From: Octopus vulgaris
Taxonomy: Eukaryota
DNA: 64,000 nucleotides
Assembly (NCBI GenBank): GCA_951406725.2
Contig: OX597834.1
Span: 23,312,001-23,376,000, forward strand
Reading direction: 5' to 3'
Positions 11,801-26,000 of the stretch are shown here, in pieces (positions within the stretch are counted from its first letter, which is position 1; each line of letters opens with the position of its first letter). The position numbers and the translations under genes are program-made. The notes beneath the pieces are model-generated. The model was not told where the DNA came from. It saw only the letters and a list, made by a program, of their open reading frames with translations, and did not search any database.

Positions 11801-14800
11801 TTCCCACATGATAGCAGATATACAAGATAACGCGTCACTTTTGAAGAAAGTTGGAGGTAAATCAATTTTCCTGTTTTTGTTGTTGCTGTTCTTTAACCCC
11901 TGGCCAAGCCTGATCTTGTAGACCTATTATGCAAGATGCTTCACCTGTGATCATCCTATCTTTTATTTAAACGTAATGTATCTATGAATGCTGTATATGT
12001 CACTCTTAGATGTTGGTCAGTTGATCCAGCAAATCGAAGATGTTCCAGTTTTGGCCATCCCCTCTTATATTCAGACACAATGTATCTAAGACTACATTAT
12101 CTAATATATCCCTCACTGTTATTGTTTTTTTTAACCCCAGGTCAACTCTGATTCTGTGGGCCTGTGATCAAAGGTATCCTAGTTTTGGTCATCCCAACAG
12201 AATCGTTAGCATGTTGGGCAAAATGGGGTATTTTGTCCATCATCATGTTCTGAGATGAAATTCAACCGAGGTTGACTTTGCTTTTTGTCCTTTCGGGGAT
12301 CAATAAAATAAGTACCAGTCAGATACTGGGGTTGATGTAATCAACTTTCACCTTTCCCCAAAAATTTCAGGCCTTTTGTTGATAACAAAAAAGGATTATT
12401 TAGATGCAACAATGTGTCTAAGACTACATTGTTATTGTTGTTGACATTGTTTAACTCCAAATCAGTCTTGTTCTGATAGACTTATGATCAAAGATACTCC
12501 CTTTCTTTCTCTACCCCCCCCTTCCTGCACCTCTCGTTGTCCTCTATTTTTCTTCCTCTCCCCTGCCCCCTCTACTACCTTTTCCATTTTATTTGTTAAA
12601 TAAAAAGTTTAAAGAATTTCATTTCATTGTAATCAACTTGTTTCTGTGTCCAGAAAGTAGACCATCGTGATGCATGTATGTGTGCGGTGCTACATGTGAA
12701 AGAAGCAGAAACTATAAGAGGTCAACTGTGTGTGATGCACATGTAAGAATGCAGTGCTACATGAGAGTGAAACATGTGGAAGACGTTATCTCATTCATTT
12801 ATAACAAAACTACAAGAAAACTACTTAAATTCTTTCCTCCCATTCGAATCAACTATAATTTTCCTATGTTTTTTCTTTCTTCTTTTGTTTGCAGAAATCC
12901 TGTTTGATTCCCCTGCCGGCGCTATGTTGGTTCATGTCATCTACGCTCTGTTGTTACTCCCTCAGCATTCAGCACTCACCCCATTGTTGCATGATCTACT
13001 CAACTTCCTGCCATGCCTTGATAAAATCAACCGTAACCTCTTAGCTTACCAAATTATCGAAGAATACCCCCACCTCTCAGATCTACCTGGTGAGTTCCTC
13101 TTTTTGCTATTTCATTATTATCTCTATGTTGCCATATCCCTGTTATAATGAGAATAGCTAAAATGTCATCTTCTGCTGGATTCCCAGTAAAATGGTAGTG
13201 AACAACACGCGTAGAAAGAGATAAATCCAAAAATTAGACAAGTGATCACATTGCAGCTTTGTAGCCAAGTGCTTTTATGACTTATTGTTAATGGTGTTCC
13301 ACATAGCTGTTGTTTACTTTTGTTTTTGCAATGAAACGAGCATGTGATGAACCCAGCACTTCACCTGGTTTACGAGCAAGGCCTAGACTCATTACAGTTG
13401 AGGAAATTATTGATTATATTTATTCTTTGGATGAAAAGTTTACCCTTATGCAGGCAATGAGAGTGATTCAAACAATCAAATGGGTAAAAATGATGAGGAA
13501 TATAGCAATTCAGGTGAACAAATTGGTAGCCAAAAGACAGGCCTATTGTTAATCTCCTGGATTTTTTTATGGTTCTGTCCAATACTTTACCTGCAGTTGT
13601 TACTCTTGAGTTATGTATGTAACTATTTTTTTCGTTTGATAGCCCAGGTGGAGGGTAAAGTTAGACACTGGGCCCAGGTGTGAGAGGGTTAAATATCTCA
13701 GTTACCGACTGTTGCTGGTTATTGGCATGAGAGTTTGTGATCCAGCCATGACCATTCCATCTGCCACTACATAATTTAATGTGTTGTTTCACCACTACCA
13801 CCACCACCACTCAAGAGAAAAAGGTGACAACAAACCAGTGAGTGAAACTGCTAGAAATAACAGACAAATCTCCCTCAAATCACACCTGACTGTTTTAACC
13901 CTTTAGCATTTAAACCAACCATATCCGGGTTAAATATTCTACCTATTTATGTTCATAACTGCTAGGTCTGGCCTTTCACACCTACCCTACAATGTCATTC
14001 CAAAAATATGCAATTACATCATTGAAATCTTGAAGCTATGAGATAATGCAGGATTAGTTCAAAACAATGTTTTTTTAAATAAGCATTACATTTGACAGAG
14101 TAATCTGAATGCTAAAAGGTTAAAACAAGAAGCAAGTTAGTCTTCGATTATAATTCCATTCACATTTAAGATACTTTATAGGAACAACAATTCTACCTCT
14201 GTATATCATTGGTATTTTATGAACTGGATAAGGTGGCGAGCTGGCAGAAACGTTAGCACGCCGGGCGAAATGTGTAGCCATATTTCGTCTGTCGTTACGT
14301 TGTGAGTTCAAATTCCGTCGAGGTCGACTTTGCCTTTCATCCTTTTGGGGTCGATAAATTAAGTACCAGTTACACACTGGGGTCGATGTAATCGACATAA
14401 AAGCTATGTCTGTCCTTGTTTGTCCCCTCTATGTTTAGCCCCTTGTGGGTAATAAAGAAATAGGTATTTTATGAACCCCAGAAAGATGAAAAGTAAAGCT
14501 AGTCTTAAGCTTCTATTATAATTCCATTAATGTCTTGGATGTTTTAAAGGAATATTAAATCTATGCCAGTATTTTATTGGTACATTTGTTTATTGTCCCC
14601 AGAACACTAAAAATTAAACAGACTTAAAGTAAGCCATTTGACAAATTGATGTATGTATTTAATATAATTGAAATGAATTTCTCTTGGTCAGAATCTCAGT
14701 GTCCAGCTGTATCCCAGTGGTCGTGGCTACTTGACCTAGAAAGGTCATGTTCACTCTTGGTTGGTCGGTCATTACATGCTCTATTACTTGGTCCTCCTTT

Positions 14801-15362
14801 GTCCAGTTCAGAGAAAGTCAATACAACGTGGCTTGACAGTCGTTTGTTTAGCAATGGCCTTGAAAGACAAGCTTCTGAATTAGGTAATGTGTTTCTTCCT
14901 CTTCTTTTCTGCTTGATTTAATCTTTGTCTCTTTCTTATCTTTTTATCGATTCTCATTTCAGTTGCTAGACTATGGTTATACTGGGGCACTTGCCTTGGC
15001 AGGTGGGATTTTTAATCAGTCATAATGGCCCTATCACTAATGTCATTCTGGTGTTTGTTTTATTGTCCTCATAAGATGAAAAACGAAATGGACATTAGAG
15101 CAAAGGGTGATAACACAGCAAATCATTAATGCTACTAGTCATTTTTGTTTCAATGTACCAGTTTTGTCTGGTACATTGCTGATATAAACATATCCACTCT
15201 TTATATATATATATATATTTATATATGTTTGATCCACCTTTTGAGTGAAATTTCAAAGTCACAGTCAATTTCTTCTTCAGGTTAAATAAATACTTGACTC
15301 TGCACTATATATTGACTCCCTTCTGTTGGTGGTGTCAATCTCTTTAGATATTAAGAATATAT

Positions 15363-15418
<56 letters not shown>

Positions 15419-18400
15419 TTGAAATTTACAGAAAAACAAAAGACGAAGACAGATGTATGAACAACAAGCAGGTGTATTGGTTTGATGCTCAGGAAAGTGA
15501 GCAAGTCTTTTACGTTTCGAGCCTATGCTCTTCAACAGAAAGGAATATGAGGAAATAAATGGAGAGAGAATTTTTAAAAAATTGTGGATTTAGCAATCAA
15601 TCAATATATATATATCAGATAAAAAGGAATTCATAAATAGAATGCACCTCCGCAGGTGACTTTTTAAGCAAATATCTTGCTATTTTTCCTCACTATTTCA
15701 CTTAGCGTTATATTTCTTCAGTGAAATGTTGTATGTGATTTTTTCCGTTTTTAAAACATGCTACTTGATAGCAACTTTCTCCGGGTGTTTTAGGCTATCT
15801 GTTATCATCACTAGTAGAAATGCACGTGGTAGAGGACTTAATTCAGGAATTCCTTGGAGTCCATATAGTTTATATCAAAATAGATAAGAGAATTGTAGTG
15901 GAATTGAACAAAGAATCTTGTGATTTCCAAACGGCCACGATTGGATGGTGCTTTTTACGTGCCACTGGCACAGAGGCCAGTCTATATATATATATATATA
16001 CTATACATCAAGTAGAATTCTGAAGTTTCCATCTCAGCTCGCTCTCTCTCTCTCTCTCCCTCTCTAGATTAGTCCCTTACTAACAAGCTTCCATTAATCC
16101 ATACAATTAACCCCTTCATTAATTAATCACAGCCTGAAAATGTTTAATCAACATTCTCCTCCTCCTGCTCTCCCTCAGATTTGATCATCCATGACAGTAT
16201 GTGTTCGATTCTGTCGTCGAAACCCTCCGAAGCGAACATTCCCGAGGATCTCAACTTCGATGCCGATACCATATTCCTACTGGAACTTGGTCTTGGCATT
16301 CCAAAGGAACCGGTGCAACATGTACAACGGATGATGTTTGAGTATGCTGAGAAAAAAGGTGAGTCGACCCTTTTTTAACATGGGAAATGGGAATATTTTA
16401 TGAAGGGAGGTAAGGGGTGGTGATGATAGTTGGAGTGGTGATACTGGTGATGATGGTAGTGATGATGCTGGTAGCTGTGCTGGTGTTGGGGGCGGTGGTA
16501 ATAATGGTGGCAGTGGTGGTAAGGATGGCGACAGTTGTGATGATGATGGTGATAATGGTGATTCGGGTGGTGGTGGTGGTGTTATTGGTGTTTGTTATTG
16601 TTTAACCCCAGGTAATTTCTGATTGATCAGACCTTGTATTAAAAGACATTCTAACTTTACCACTACACCTTATCCATCATCCAGGGTGGGAATTCCACAG
16701 AGATGACCTAGCCCCTTGATGTACAGTTACTCTTGTAATCATTCAGGCCAGGCCCCCACCTGCCCTTGCCTGCCTCTTGGCAGTATCAAGGACCCTGTTA
16801 AAGGTCACAGGCACACCCCTGTCTCCTGACTAAAAGATTTTTTTAAAAAATGGTTTAAGGGAGTAATTATATGTTCTTGGTCAACAGATTTGGTTAGTTT
16901 TAAAAGCGAAAAGTCATTTAGCTATTTTATAATTGTTCCATGTTTTGAGGGAACAAGGAAAACCTGCCTTATTTATGTTCATCGTAATTCTTTAGTTACT
17001 ACGTTTTTGTGGAAATAAACTGCTTTTGTTTCAATGAATTTGGAAAACTACAAAAATCTTAGTAAAATAGCCACAAAAAAGGCACCCAGTTCATTCTGTA
17101 AAGCTGGTTGGTGTTAGGAAAGGCATCCAGTCCTTGAAACCTTCTGATGGCAGACATTGCAGCATGATGCAGTCCTTCAATGCATTCGATCATGGCAAAC
17201 TGTCCAATCTCAGTCAGCATGGAAGATAGACATTAAAAGATGATGATGAACTTTGTAACTATTAAGTTGGTGTTAGGAACGTTAATTAACATTTAGATTT
17301 TGGTGGAAAGTTTTAATTTAGTAGAAAGTTTTGTATCATTGAGAGGCAGTCTTGGGTTGATTTCAAAGGAATTAAGATGGTTTCTAAACTTTTTAAACAT
17401 GTCCAACCTCATGTTGAGGAAGAAAGAAGAGTTATAAGGATTCAGTCTGTATTTTGTCTTCTCATTAATAATAAGAGAGGTCTTAACAACAACAACCTAC
17501 AGATATAGCAGCTAGATCCCCCTGAAATTCCAACTGACTATGTTAAACCTTTTGTTACTATATTTCTTTCTCTGTTAAATGCACTGATTTTGTTTCTGTA
17601 AATTTTGAAAAAAATAAGGAATTTAAGAAAATAACTTTGGTGACATAAAGCTGGTATTTAGAACATAAATAAATGTGAAATTTTGATTCAGGATGTTAAT
17701 TTAGATCAGTTTTAATTAGGGAGTTTGTCTCATAGAAACGGGATTTGGGGTGGTCTCAGAGAGGTTGAGATCAAAAGGGTTAATTTGGTATGTTGTCTTC
17801 TTCAGATTGGGATACATGTGAAATGAAAGATGTCTCCCTAGATACAATATCCAGGTTCTTGCTAGCAGCGTTACTGAAACACTGTGACCTCCTCTCCTTT
17901 TCCCAATCCACAGAGAGGTAAGTGATTTTGAGTTATTTTATTTTATATTATTTTTTTGAGTTTTAATTATAAGTATTCTATCTATTGTTGCTTCACTCCT
18001 TCATTCAATGGAGCTTGCTTGCTTCACCATTTTGTTTTCCCCAGCTTCCACACATATCTTACACATGATACCTTGTAGTTCTGCCTCCTCTAGAATTTTT
18101 TTTAGCTGGGGAGGGGGGCTCCAAAAGGGATATCAGGGAGTAGTGTCCCTGCCTTCCTGAGCTAGTTCTCAATCACATTTCTTAAAAATCGTGGTAGAGG
18201 CCTTGGTCTTGAGACCATTCATGTCTAGAAACTTAGGTTGGGGATAAGCAAGGGCCTTTTCCCCAAAGAAAATTCAGCTGCAAACAAGCCTCATGATAGC
18301 AAAGGAGAATGGGCACCTAGGTTGGGGTGAGCTGCACCTGCCTACATCAGTTGTTATGGCATTGAGGTAGATTTGGCCACCCCCATTAACAGGGATAAAA

Positions 18401-21400
18401 CCTGGATATAAAACACTGGATGATAATGATTTTGCTCTTCTCATTTCAGACCCAATCGCAGTCTTGTGATGGCTTATAGACTGGTTTATCAATCACGCAG
18501 TCGACTTATTGGATATAAATTGTCTCCGAATCAGGCCCCCAAATTCTCTGGACTTTTACATTCGGACAGAATAACAACACATAAACGAGGCCATGGCTTA
18601 TCGGAAGAGGAAGACATTAGGGAAGCTGGCAAAAGTGATGAAGGACTCGAGAAAATAAAAGGTATTGTTGATGATGTTATTGCTGTTGTTTTTATTGCTG
18701 AAGTTAGTCCTGATCCAGTGGACCTATGGCCAAAGGTATTTAGCCATGACTATCCTGTCTTTTCTTCAGACATAATGTTATCTAAGAGTACATTATCTAA
18801 TGTGTCATTTCTTTTTTTCTCTTTAGACTGTAGGAGATGATTTGAGATTTGGCTGTTATTTCTAGCAGGGAAAGTGACCACATAGAGTTTCTTTTTTGTT
18901 TGGCTCCTCAAAGTTTTAGATAGAATTAATAAATTTTGTTTGGACAATTGATGTGGTTCAAAAGGTACTGGGGTGGGTGTGAGAATTCTGACTCTTTGGA
19001 CATCACTCCAAATACCACCACCGTTGTCTTGTTAGTAGAATTTGTCAACTGGAAACTGTATGGAAGCTTGTTGTAAAATGTTGTTGCAGTTCTTTCATGG
19101 TAAATGTGTCATTTTGTTTAATATCACCTGCACCTGGTCGTGGGGTACCTTTAACAGAGTCCACTCTGTTGTCACCCAGTTTAATACCCCCACCTGCTCC
19201 TTGGGCACCTTTAGCAGAGTCCACCATTGCAAGTCTTCAGGACAAGTTGCTGATCTCGAGATGGTTTTCTTCTCTCCTTCTAGCAGATGCAAGGACCCAA
19301 AAGGAGACATGAACACTGTCTTTCCTCCTATAAATATGCTAATAAAAAAAAAATTTGCCCCCTTTTTAATTTGGGCCAGCAGTTTTTAGGGGATGGGTCA
19401 ACTCAGTTACATCAAGTCTAGCTCTTGATTGGTACTTTATTTTATTAATCCCAAGTTGATAAAAGTTGTCCTCAACTGGATTTGAACTCAGAACATAAAT
19501 AGTTCAAATAAATTTCTGCTAAGTGCTTTGTCTAATGCAGCGACAGTTCTACCAGCTCATTGCATAATAAAACGAATAGTATAGAATAAAAACGAATAGT
19601 ATACCCATATCTCTTCTGATTAATTCTGTATGTTCTCTTGTCTTTTCCTAGATGAAGCTGATAATTCTAGCAATGCTAAGTTGAAAGAATCTCCTGGTGA
19701 CAGTTCCTTTGAAGATATCTGTCGCACCTGGTTAGAAAGATGTGTGTTTCTTATTATCGGAGTAAGACAACCTTTAGCAGGTAAGCTGTTTCTCTGCTTG
19801 TACTTCATGTGTTCAATAACTTTTGGTTTGTCCTGTTATACAAGACTGATCTCAGAAGGTCGAATATGGTTCCTGACTATAGCACCCACAGCTCCTGTGC
19901 CTCTGTGTTTATATTGTAGTACCTAATCTTTCCTTCTTGGATTCTGTTTCACCTAAACTTTGGGGTTGTGGCACACAGGAGACCAGTGAAATAATTCATC
20001 AGTTTTGTTATGCAACATCTGTCTGTCTTTCCTTTTTATTTGTATGTGTGTATACATATATACTTGTGTATACATATAGGCGTGGGTGTGTGGTAAGAAG
20101 CAAGTATGTATATGTATGTATGTATAAGAATAAAGAATGTATGTGTGTGTGTGTGACTATATATGGGGGAAACGTATGTGTTTTTATTAATGTATATATG
20201 TATTCATACATTTATGTTACTTGTCTTCTTCAGATGAAGAGCTTGTTTTGTCTGATACAATCTACGGCAGTCGGTCCCACGTAGCACAAGGTAAATATCT
20301 CACTATTTACAAAAGCTGCCCCAGGAGCATAACGACCCCGTCTCATTTCACATCATCAACATGTGGTCACTGGATCTAACAAGGAAATACTCTTAACATA
20401 CTACTCTCTGTCAGTGGCAGACAGGGTCTAAAAATATCGGTTGTCAAGAGACTAATGAGGCCCACCCACAACTACAATGCTATCATTTTATTTTATTTTT
20501 TTTTTTTTGGGTAAAATGTATTCTTTTCAACTGTCTACAGACACAGCCAGGCTGAAATAATTAATGCATTCTTCCAGTAGTGAATAAAACTTTTTCAAAC
20601 ATGAGGGGTGGCACGTAAAAAGCACCATCCGATCGTGGCCGTTTGCCAGCCTCGTCTGGCACGTAAAAAGCACCCACTACACTCTCGGAGTGGTTGGCGT
20701 TAGGAAGGGCATCCAGCCGTAGAAACATTGCCAGATCAGACTGGGCCTGGTGCAGCCTTCTGGCTTCCCAGACCCCAGTTGAACCATCCAACCCATGCTA
20801 GCATGGAAAGCGGATGCTAAACGATGATGATGATGATGATGAGGGGACGGGCTCCTTAGATACTAACATCCCCCCACCCATATATGTATTCTAATGTCTC
20901 TTGCCAACCTTCTTCTTTCAAGCCATAACAAAAATAATAATAATTAGAATATTAAGCAGAGTTCACTCAGATTAAGTCTCCAGCTTGAGTAAAGTATGAT
21001 ATTTTGATGAACAACTATTTAACCCAACAACTGCAAAATTAAACTACATGATTGTTCCTGTAATGGTGTTGAACATTTACCAATAAATAAAATTGGTATT
21101 TTCTGTGAGTCACATTGCCTAATATAAAGAAATAATTTTAAGCGTGTTATTTCTCAATAAAAGATAAATTTCGTGTATAAAACTTCTTTCTGCAGTTAAG
21201 GGTAATGAAATTGTGAGTGGGTGTATCTGATTTCCTCAGTAAAAGGGTTAATGTAGCAACCCAAAATTTATGGGCTTTTACTTCCCCTCTCTCAACCACC
21301 AGTCTGTAGAGACCCTGCAGAAAGTCAGGGGTGTAACCCTTTTTATATTAAGCCTTTTTTTTATCTCTTTATGAATCCGAGTTCAGGTCCTGTTAGGGTT

Positions 21401-23063
21401 GATAAACCAGGTTCTTGAGATACCCAGGGGTTGCTACATTGAATTGTATTCCTCTGCTTTTCAACTTAGATTTGGTCAACTTAACAAGGAAGGTCTCCAT
21501 TTGGTTGCTTGATCTGCTAGAAATAACAGCCAAATCTCCTACCATTTAAAAAAGAACACATTTGATTATGAAGTCCGATATACACTTTATCTGAATTGAA
21601 GATAGGATGGTCAGAGTTGAAACAACTTTGATCACAAGTTTGTTGAATCAAGACTGACCTGGGGCTAAACAACTAAAAGAAGGACATTAAATAATGTAGT
21701 CCTAGATACATTATTCCTCAGTAAAAAGACATGTGACAATTGAAAACCTTTGATCAGAGTCCTGCTGGATTGTTGCTGACTTGGAGTTAAACAAAAACAT
21801 GAACGAACAGAGTAGATAATGTAGTCCAAGGTACACTATATCTGAATAAAAAAAGTAGGATCATAGTTGGTCTCTGATCAAAGGTGTTGTTGCTTGGGAG
21901 TGGCTGACATTAGGAAAGGCATCCAGCCATAGAAACTATGCCAGATCAGACTGAAATCTGGTGCAGCTCTCCGGCTCACAAGTTCTAATCAAACCGTCTA
22001 ACCCATGCCAGCATAGAAAGCAAACGCTAAATAATGATGATGATGATGATGGTGGACCACCTTTGATCTCTGGTTTATTGGATCAGGGATGACTTAAAGC
22101 TAGACAATGCCACTATCACTGCCCAAAAGGAAGTCTCTATGTAGCCACTTAGCTTGCTAGAATAAGCAGCTAGATTTTCCTCAAATTGCATCTTGCTGAA
22201 GAGCACATTTGATAATTTAGTCCTCGATACATAATACCCCCAAAAAACTTGGATGGCCATTGCTGAACCAATTTTAATTGGGGCTAAACAAACAAACGAT
22301 AAAGTTTTTTGTCAAACTTCACCCCACTCCCAAGAAATTTACGAGATAAATTATTTCTGTTTCTTAACTATATTTGTTTGCTTTCATTTTTTCCCTTTTT
22401 CTTTTCCTTGTCAGACCACAATACAGAGAGACGGCTTTATTTGTCACCGAGGAAGAACAAGAAATCCGTAACACGGACAAGTAGCTCTCCGAACCTTTGT
22501 TGTTTGAATGACATTGAGGAGTCAAACGGGGAAACTGAAACTGGTAGCGAGGTGAGCCTTTGTTCTGCTCTGAACCATCAATGTCACCATTAGCATTCAC
22601 CATCATCATCAACATCACCACCACCACCACCACCACCATCATCATCATCCTCATACAGTAACATGAAGCTGGTAGTGAGAGGTTTTGTGTTCTGTTGTGT
22701 GTGTGTGTCTATGTGTATGTATATGTACATATATGTATTTATATATGTGTCCACACACACGTGTGTGTATGTGTACTTGTATGCTTGTGTGTGTATAGAT
22801 ATATGTGTCTGTGAGTGTATGTATGCATATCATCTTTGTCATTTAATGTTCACTTTCCTAATCTTACCTGGGGGGCCAACAAAATTCGTTGAGGAAGATT
22901 TTCTATGGGTGGATGCTTTTCCTGTTGCCAACCCTTACCCGTTTCCAATCGAAATAATATTTACCTGTGGCCATACACATTTTCCATATAAGACTGGAAG
23001 CAAAGGGCTCTTTACTTGTAAGATGTTGACAATCATCACATGAGGTCAAGACAGCAAGACATA

Positions 23064-23099
<36 letters not shown>

Positions 23100-26000
23100 T
23101 ATTTAAGACAGGATTCTTTCAGTTTCCATATACCAAGTCCACTCCCAAGGCTTTTGTTGGCCCAGGACTATAGCAGAAGGCACTCACCCAAGGTGCCATG
23201 CTGTGGGGCAGAACACAAAACCACATATTTGGGAAGGAAACTTCTTAACCACACAGTCATGTATACATGTGTGTGTGTGGCTGTATGGTAAGAGGTTTGC
23301 TTTCCAAGCATGTGGTTCTGTGTTCAGTCCCACTGTGTGGCACCTTAGGCAAGTGTCTTCTACTATGGCCTCAGACCAACCAAACCCTCAGGATTTGATT
23401 TAGGGAATGGAAACTGAAAGAAATTTGCCACTTAAATATATGTATTTGTGTATCTTTCCCTCACTGCTGCTTGTTGGTTTGTTTATGTCCCTGTAACCTA
23501 GGTGTTCAGCAAAAGGACACTAATAGAATACGTGCCAGATGTTGACGATGATATATAAAAACATATACACTTTCTCATGCACACGCACACACATATACTG
23601 ATATGCTGTTTCTTTTGTAGAACACTGGCAATGGAGGTTTGCGCTACACAGCTGCACAATGCAATGGTACGGCTACACCTCTCTCAGGAGAAAGTAAGTA
23701 TTTAATCCTTCCTATGTTTGGTCTGGCAGATGTTGATTTCTGACATAGATTCATGGTCACTTCAGTGAAGGAGGTGGGATGACAGCCACCACGCTGCTGA
23801 ACACTAACAAATGTAAGAGGAAACTCTGAGCAGTTGCTCACCCTGCTAAAAAGTAGCAGCTGAATGGTCTTTAGTTTATACCCTTGTGTATTAAAACAAT
23901 AATGGAGGACACATTAGATAATGTAGTCCTTGATACACTATGTCTGAAAAAAAGAGATGGGGGTGGGCACAATTGAAAGAGCTTTGGTTATACTTTTGCT
24001 GTTGATTATTGGGTTCAGCATCAACAACAAAACTATATTCAGTTGATAAGGCAACCATGACACTATCATTTGAATTGCTAGAAATAGCAGCTTAAAAATG
24101 AAAGGACGCAGTAGATAATGTAGTCTTAGATATACTATGTCCAAATAAAAAACAATTGCAGTTGGAATATGTTTTATCCTTGACCTCTTCAGAACTGACC
24201 TGGGGCTATACAATGAAGCAGGACACCTTATGTGATGTAGTCCTAGATACATTGTATCTGAATCAGATATGTGTTGGTCACATGAATTGAAACACATAAG
24301 CAACTACTCGTTTAGTTTATGGTCCAGAAAGGGTTAACAATTTTCAGGTATTAGGGTTCATAGTTTCACTTTTCTAATTATGATTCTGTATTCCTATCTC
24401 TTTCTCACTCTCTCCCTCTTTCTCTTTTGCCAGACACCAGCATGGAATCCTTACAGAAAGTGAAAGAAATCTTGCGCCGTCTCCGGTGGCGCCAAGAACG
24501 TGTTGGTGACATTACACCTGGATACTTTGGCGAAGAGAACGAACATCACACCTGTCGGAAGCTGTGCATCAAAGAATTGATGTTGGACATTTTCCACTTT
24601 GTGTGCGGCGAACATATTATGTATCAGATATATTTTGCTAAATCCCTTGAACATCAGCAAGAGAGGGCACAATCACGTGTTGACTCACTGCACCAAATAG
24701 TTGAGTTGTTGTCCACAGAGAAAGATAAAACATCTAACAATCGCCAGTCCAGTGTTGACAGTCAGGACAGCAACACCAGCTCACCTGAAGATTTTACACT
24801 GACCACTCTACTTAGTTCTGTCCATCTCCAGTTCCTGTCTGGTTGCTTCGGATTGAGTTCTTTACCGTTTGAAACAACATCAGCTCTGCCTGACGGAAGT
24901 CACTATCAGGATGGGATCAAGGCGGCACGAGCCCAAAGCCAACAAGAGGTGCAGTTAGCAGTCCACCGAATCTATGAGCTGCTTGTCGGGGCATTGGTCA
25001 CGACATCAAAATCTAAAACACTGGAGGAAAGCACCAAGCAGAAGCTGCTCCTGTCCACTGTGCTGTCCATGAGCAACAAGTATTGTCCAGCTGACCTGTC
25101 CCTTGCTGTGTCCTGTGGTCAGCTGCTCCCCCTCCTCTACTGCCTCAGCGAGAATGCTCACACTGTGCCCCTCACCATGCAGATACCACCAACTGCCTTG
25201 AATTCCCTCCAGCTGAACAACATGCTCCAGCTGGGCTGTCAACACCTTCTGCAAATCGTTGCCGTTGGCACCGGGATGTATGCTGAGAGACTAAGTGATG
25301 GTGTCATCCAGAATGTTGTGGATTTACTGTGGAAACAACTGGAAAAACTCTTGTCTTCAGCTGTTTCTCAAGAGAAAGATATACAGCAAGGTATTACTGT
25401 TTATTCTGTGTATGTGTTTGTCTGTGTGTATGTGTTTGTCTGTGTGTGTGTGTGTGCTACATCCCATCCCCTCCTAAACGACACCCCACACACAGAACTA
25501 TTTCCATTCCTCATCATTTCTGCCCACTCCATTTCAACCAATCATCTCCTTTCTGGGCCTTCACTCACTGCCCTTTTCCCCCTCTGCTACACTCCATTCT
25601 AAACTCCTCTCTCACCTGCTATCATTCTCAATGCCCTCCCACATCTCCCATCATAACCCCCCACCTACTATAGCCCCTTATGTATCCTTATCTCTCACTC
25701 TCCACAGCTCTTGCACCTTACACATCATTCTTCTATTTTCTGTTCTATTCTCCTTCCTGAGCCACTCCTACACCTCCCACCTCACGTTTCTACATACTGG
25801 TATTTTCCATCATCCCCACCCCCACCTTTGTTACTTTCCACCTGTTTCTTCCCTCCTCGCACTCTCATCCCCTCCCATCATCCACTGACCTCTTTTTTAT
25901 GCCCACCTTCTTGTTCTTTGCTCCTTGAGAGTTTACACTCGCAACCCATCACTACCGTCTGCTTATCTCCTTCAGCCATTTATCTCCTCTATAGCTAGAC

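Noticed and set aside
19096-19235. Direct repeat of about 63 bp with ORFs on both strands
   Set aside because: A simple two-unit tandem duplication; the peptides show no recognisable family and no fitting splice sites.
24427-25602. 391-aa ORF (and the 458-aa ORF at 36486-37862) as stand-alone genes
   Set aside because: They are large internal HERC1 exons with read-through into flanking intron; splice sites and phases fit the neighbouring exons.
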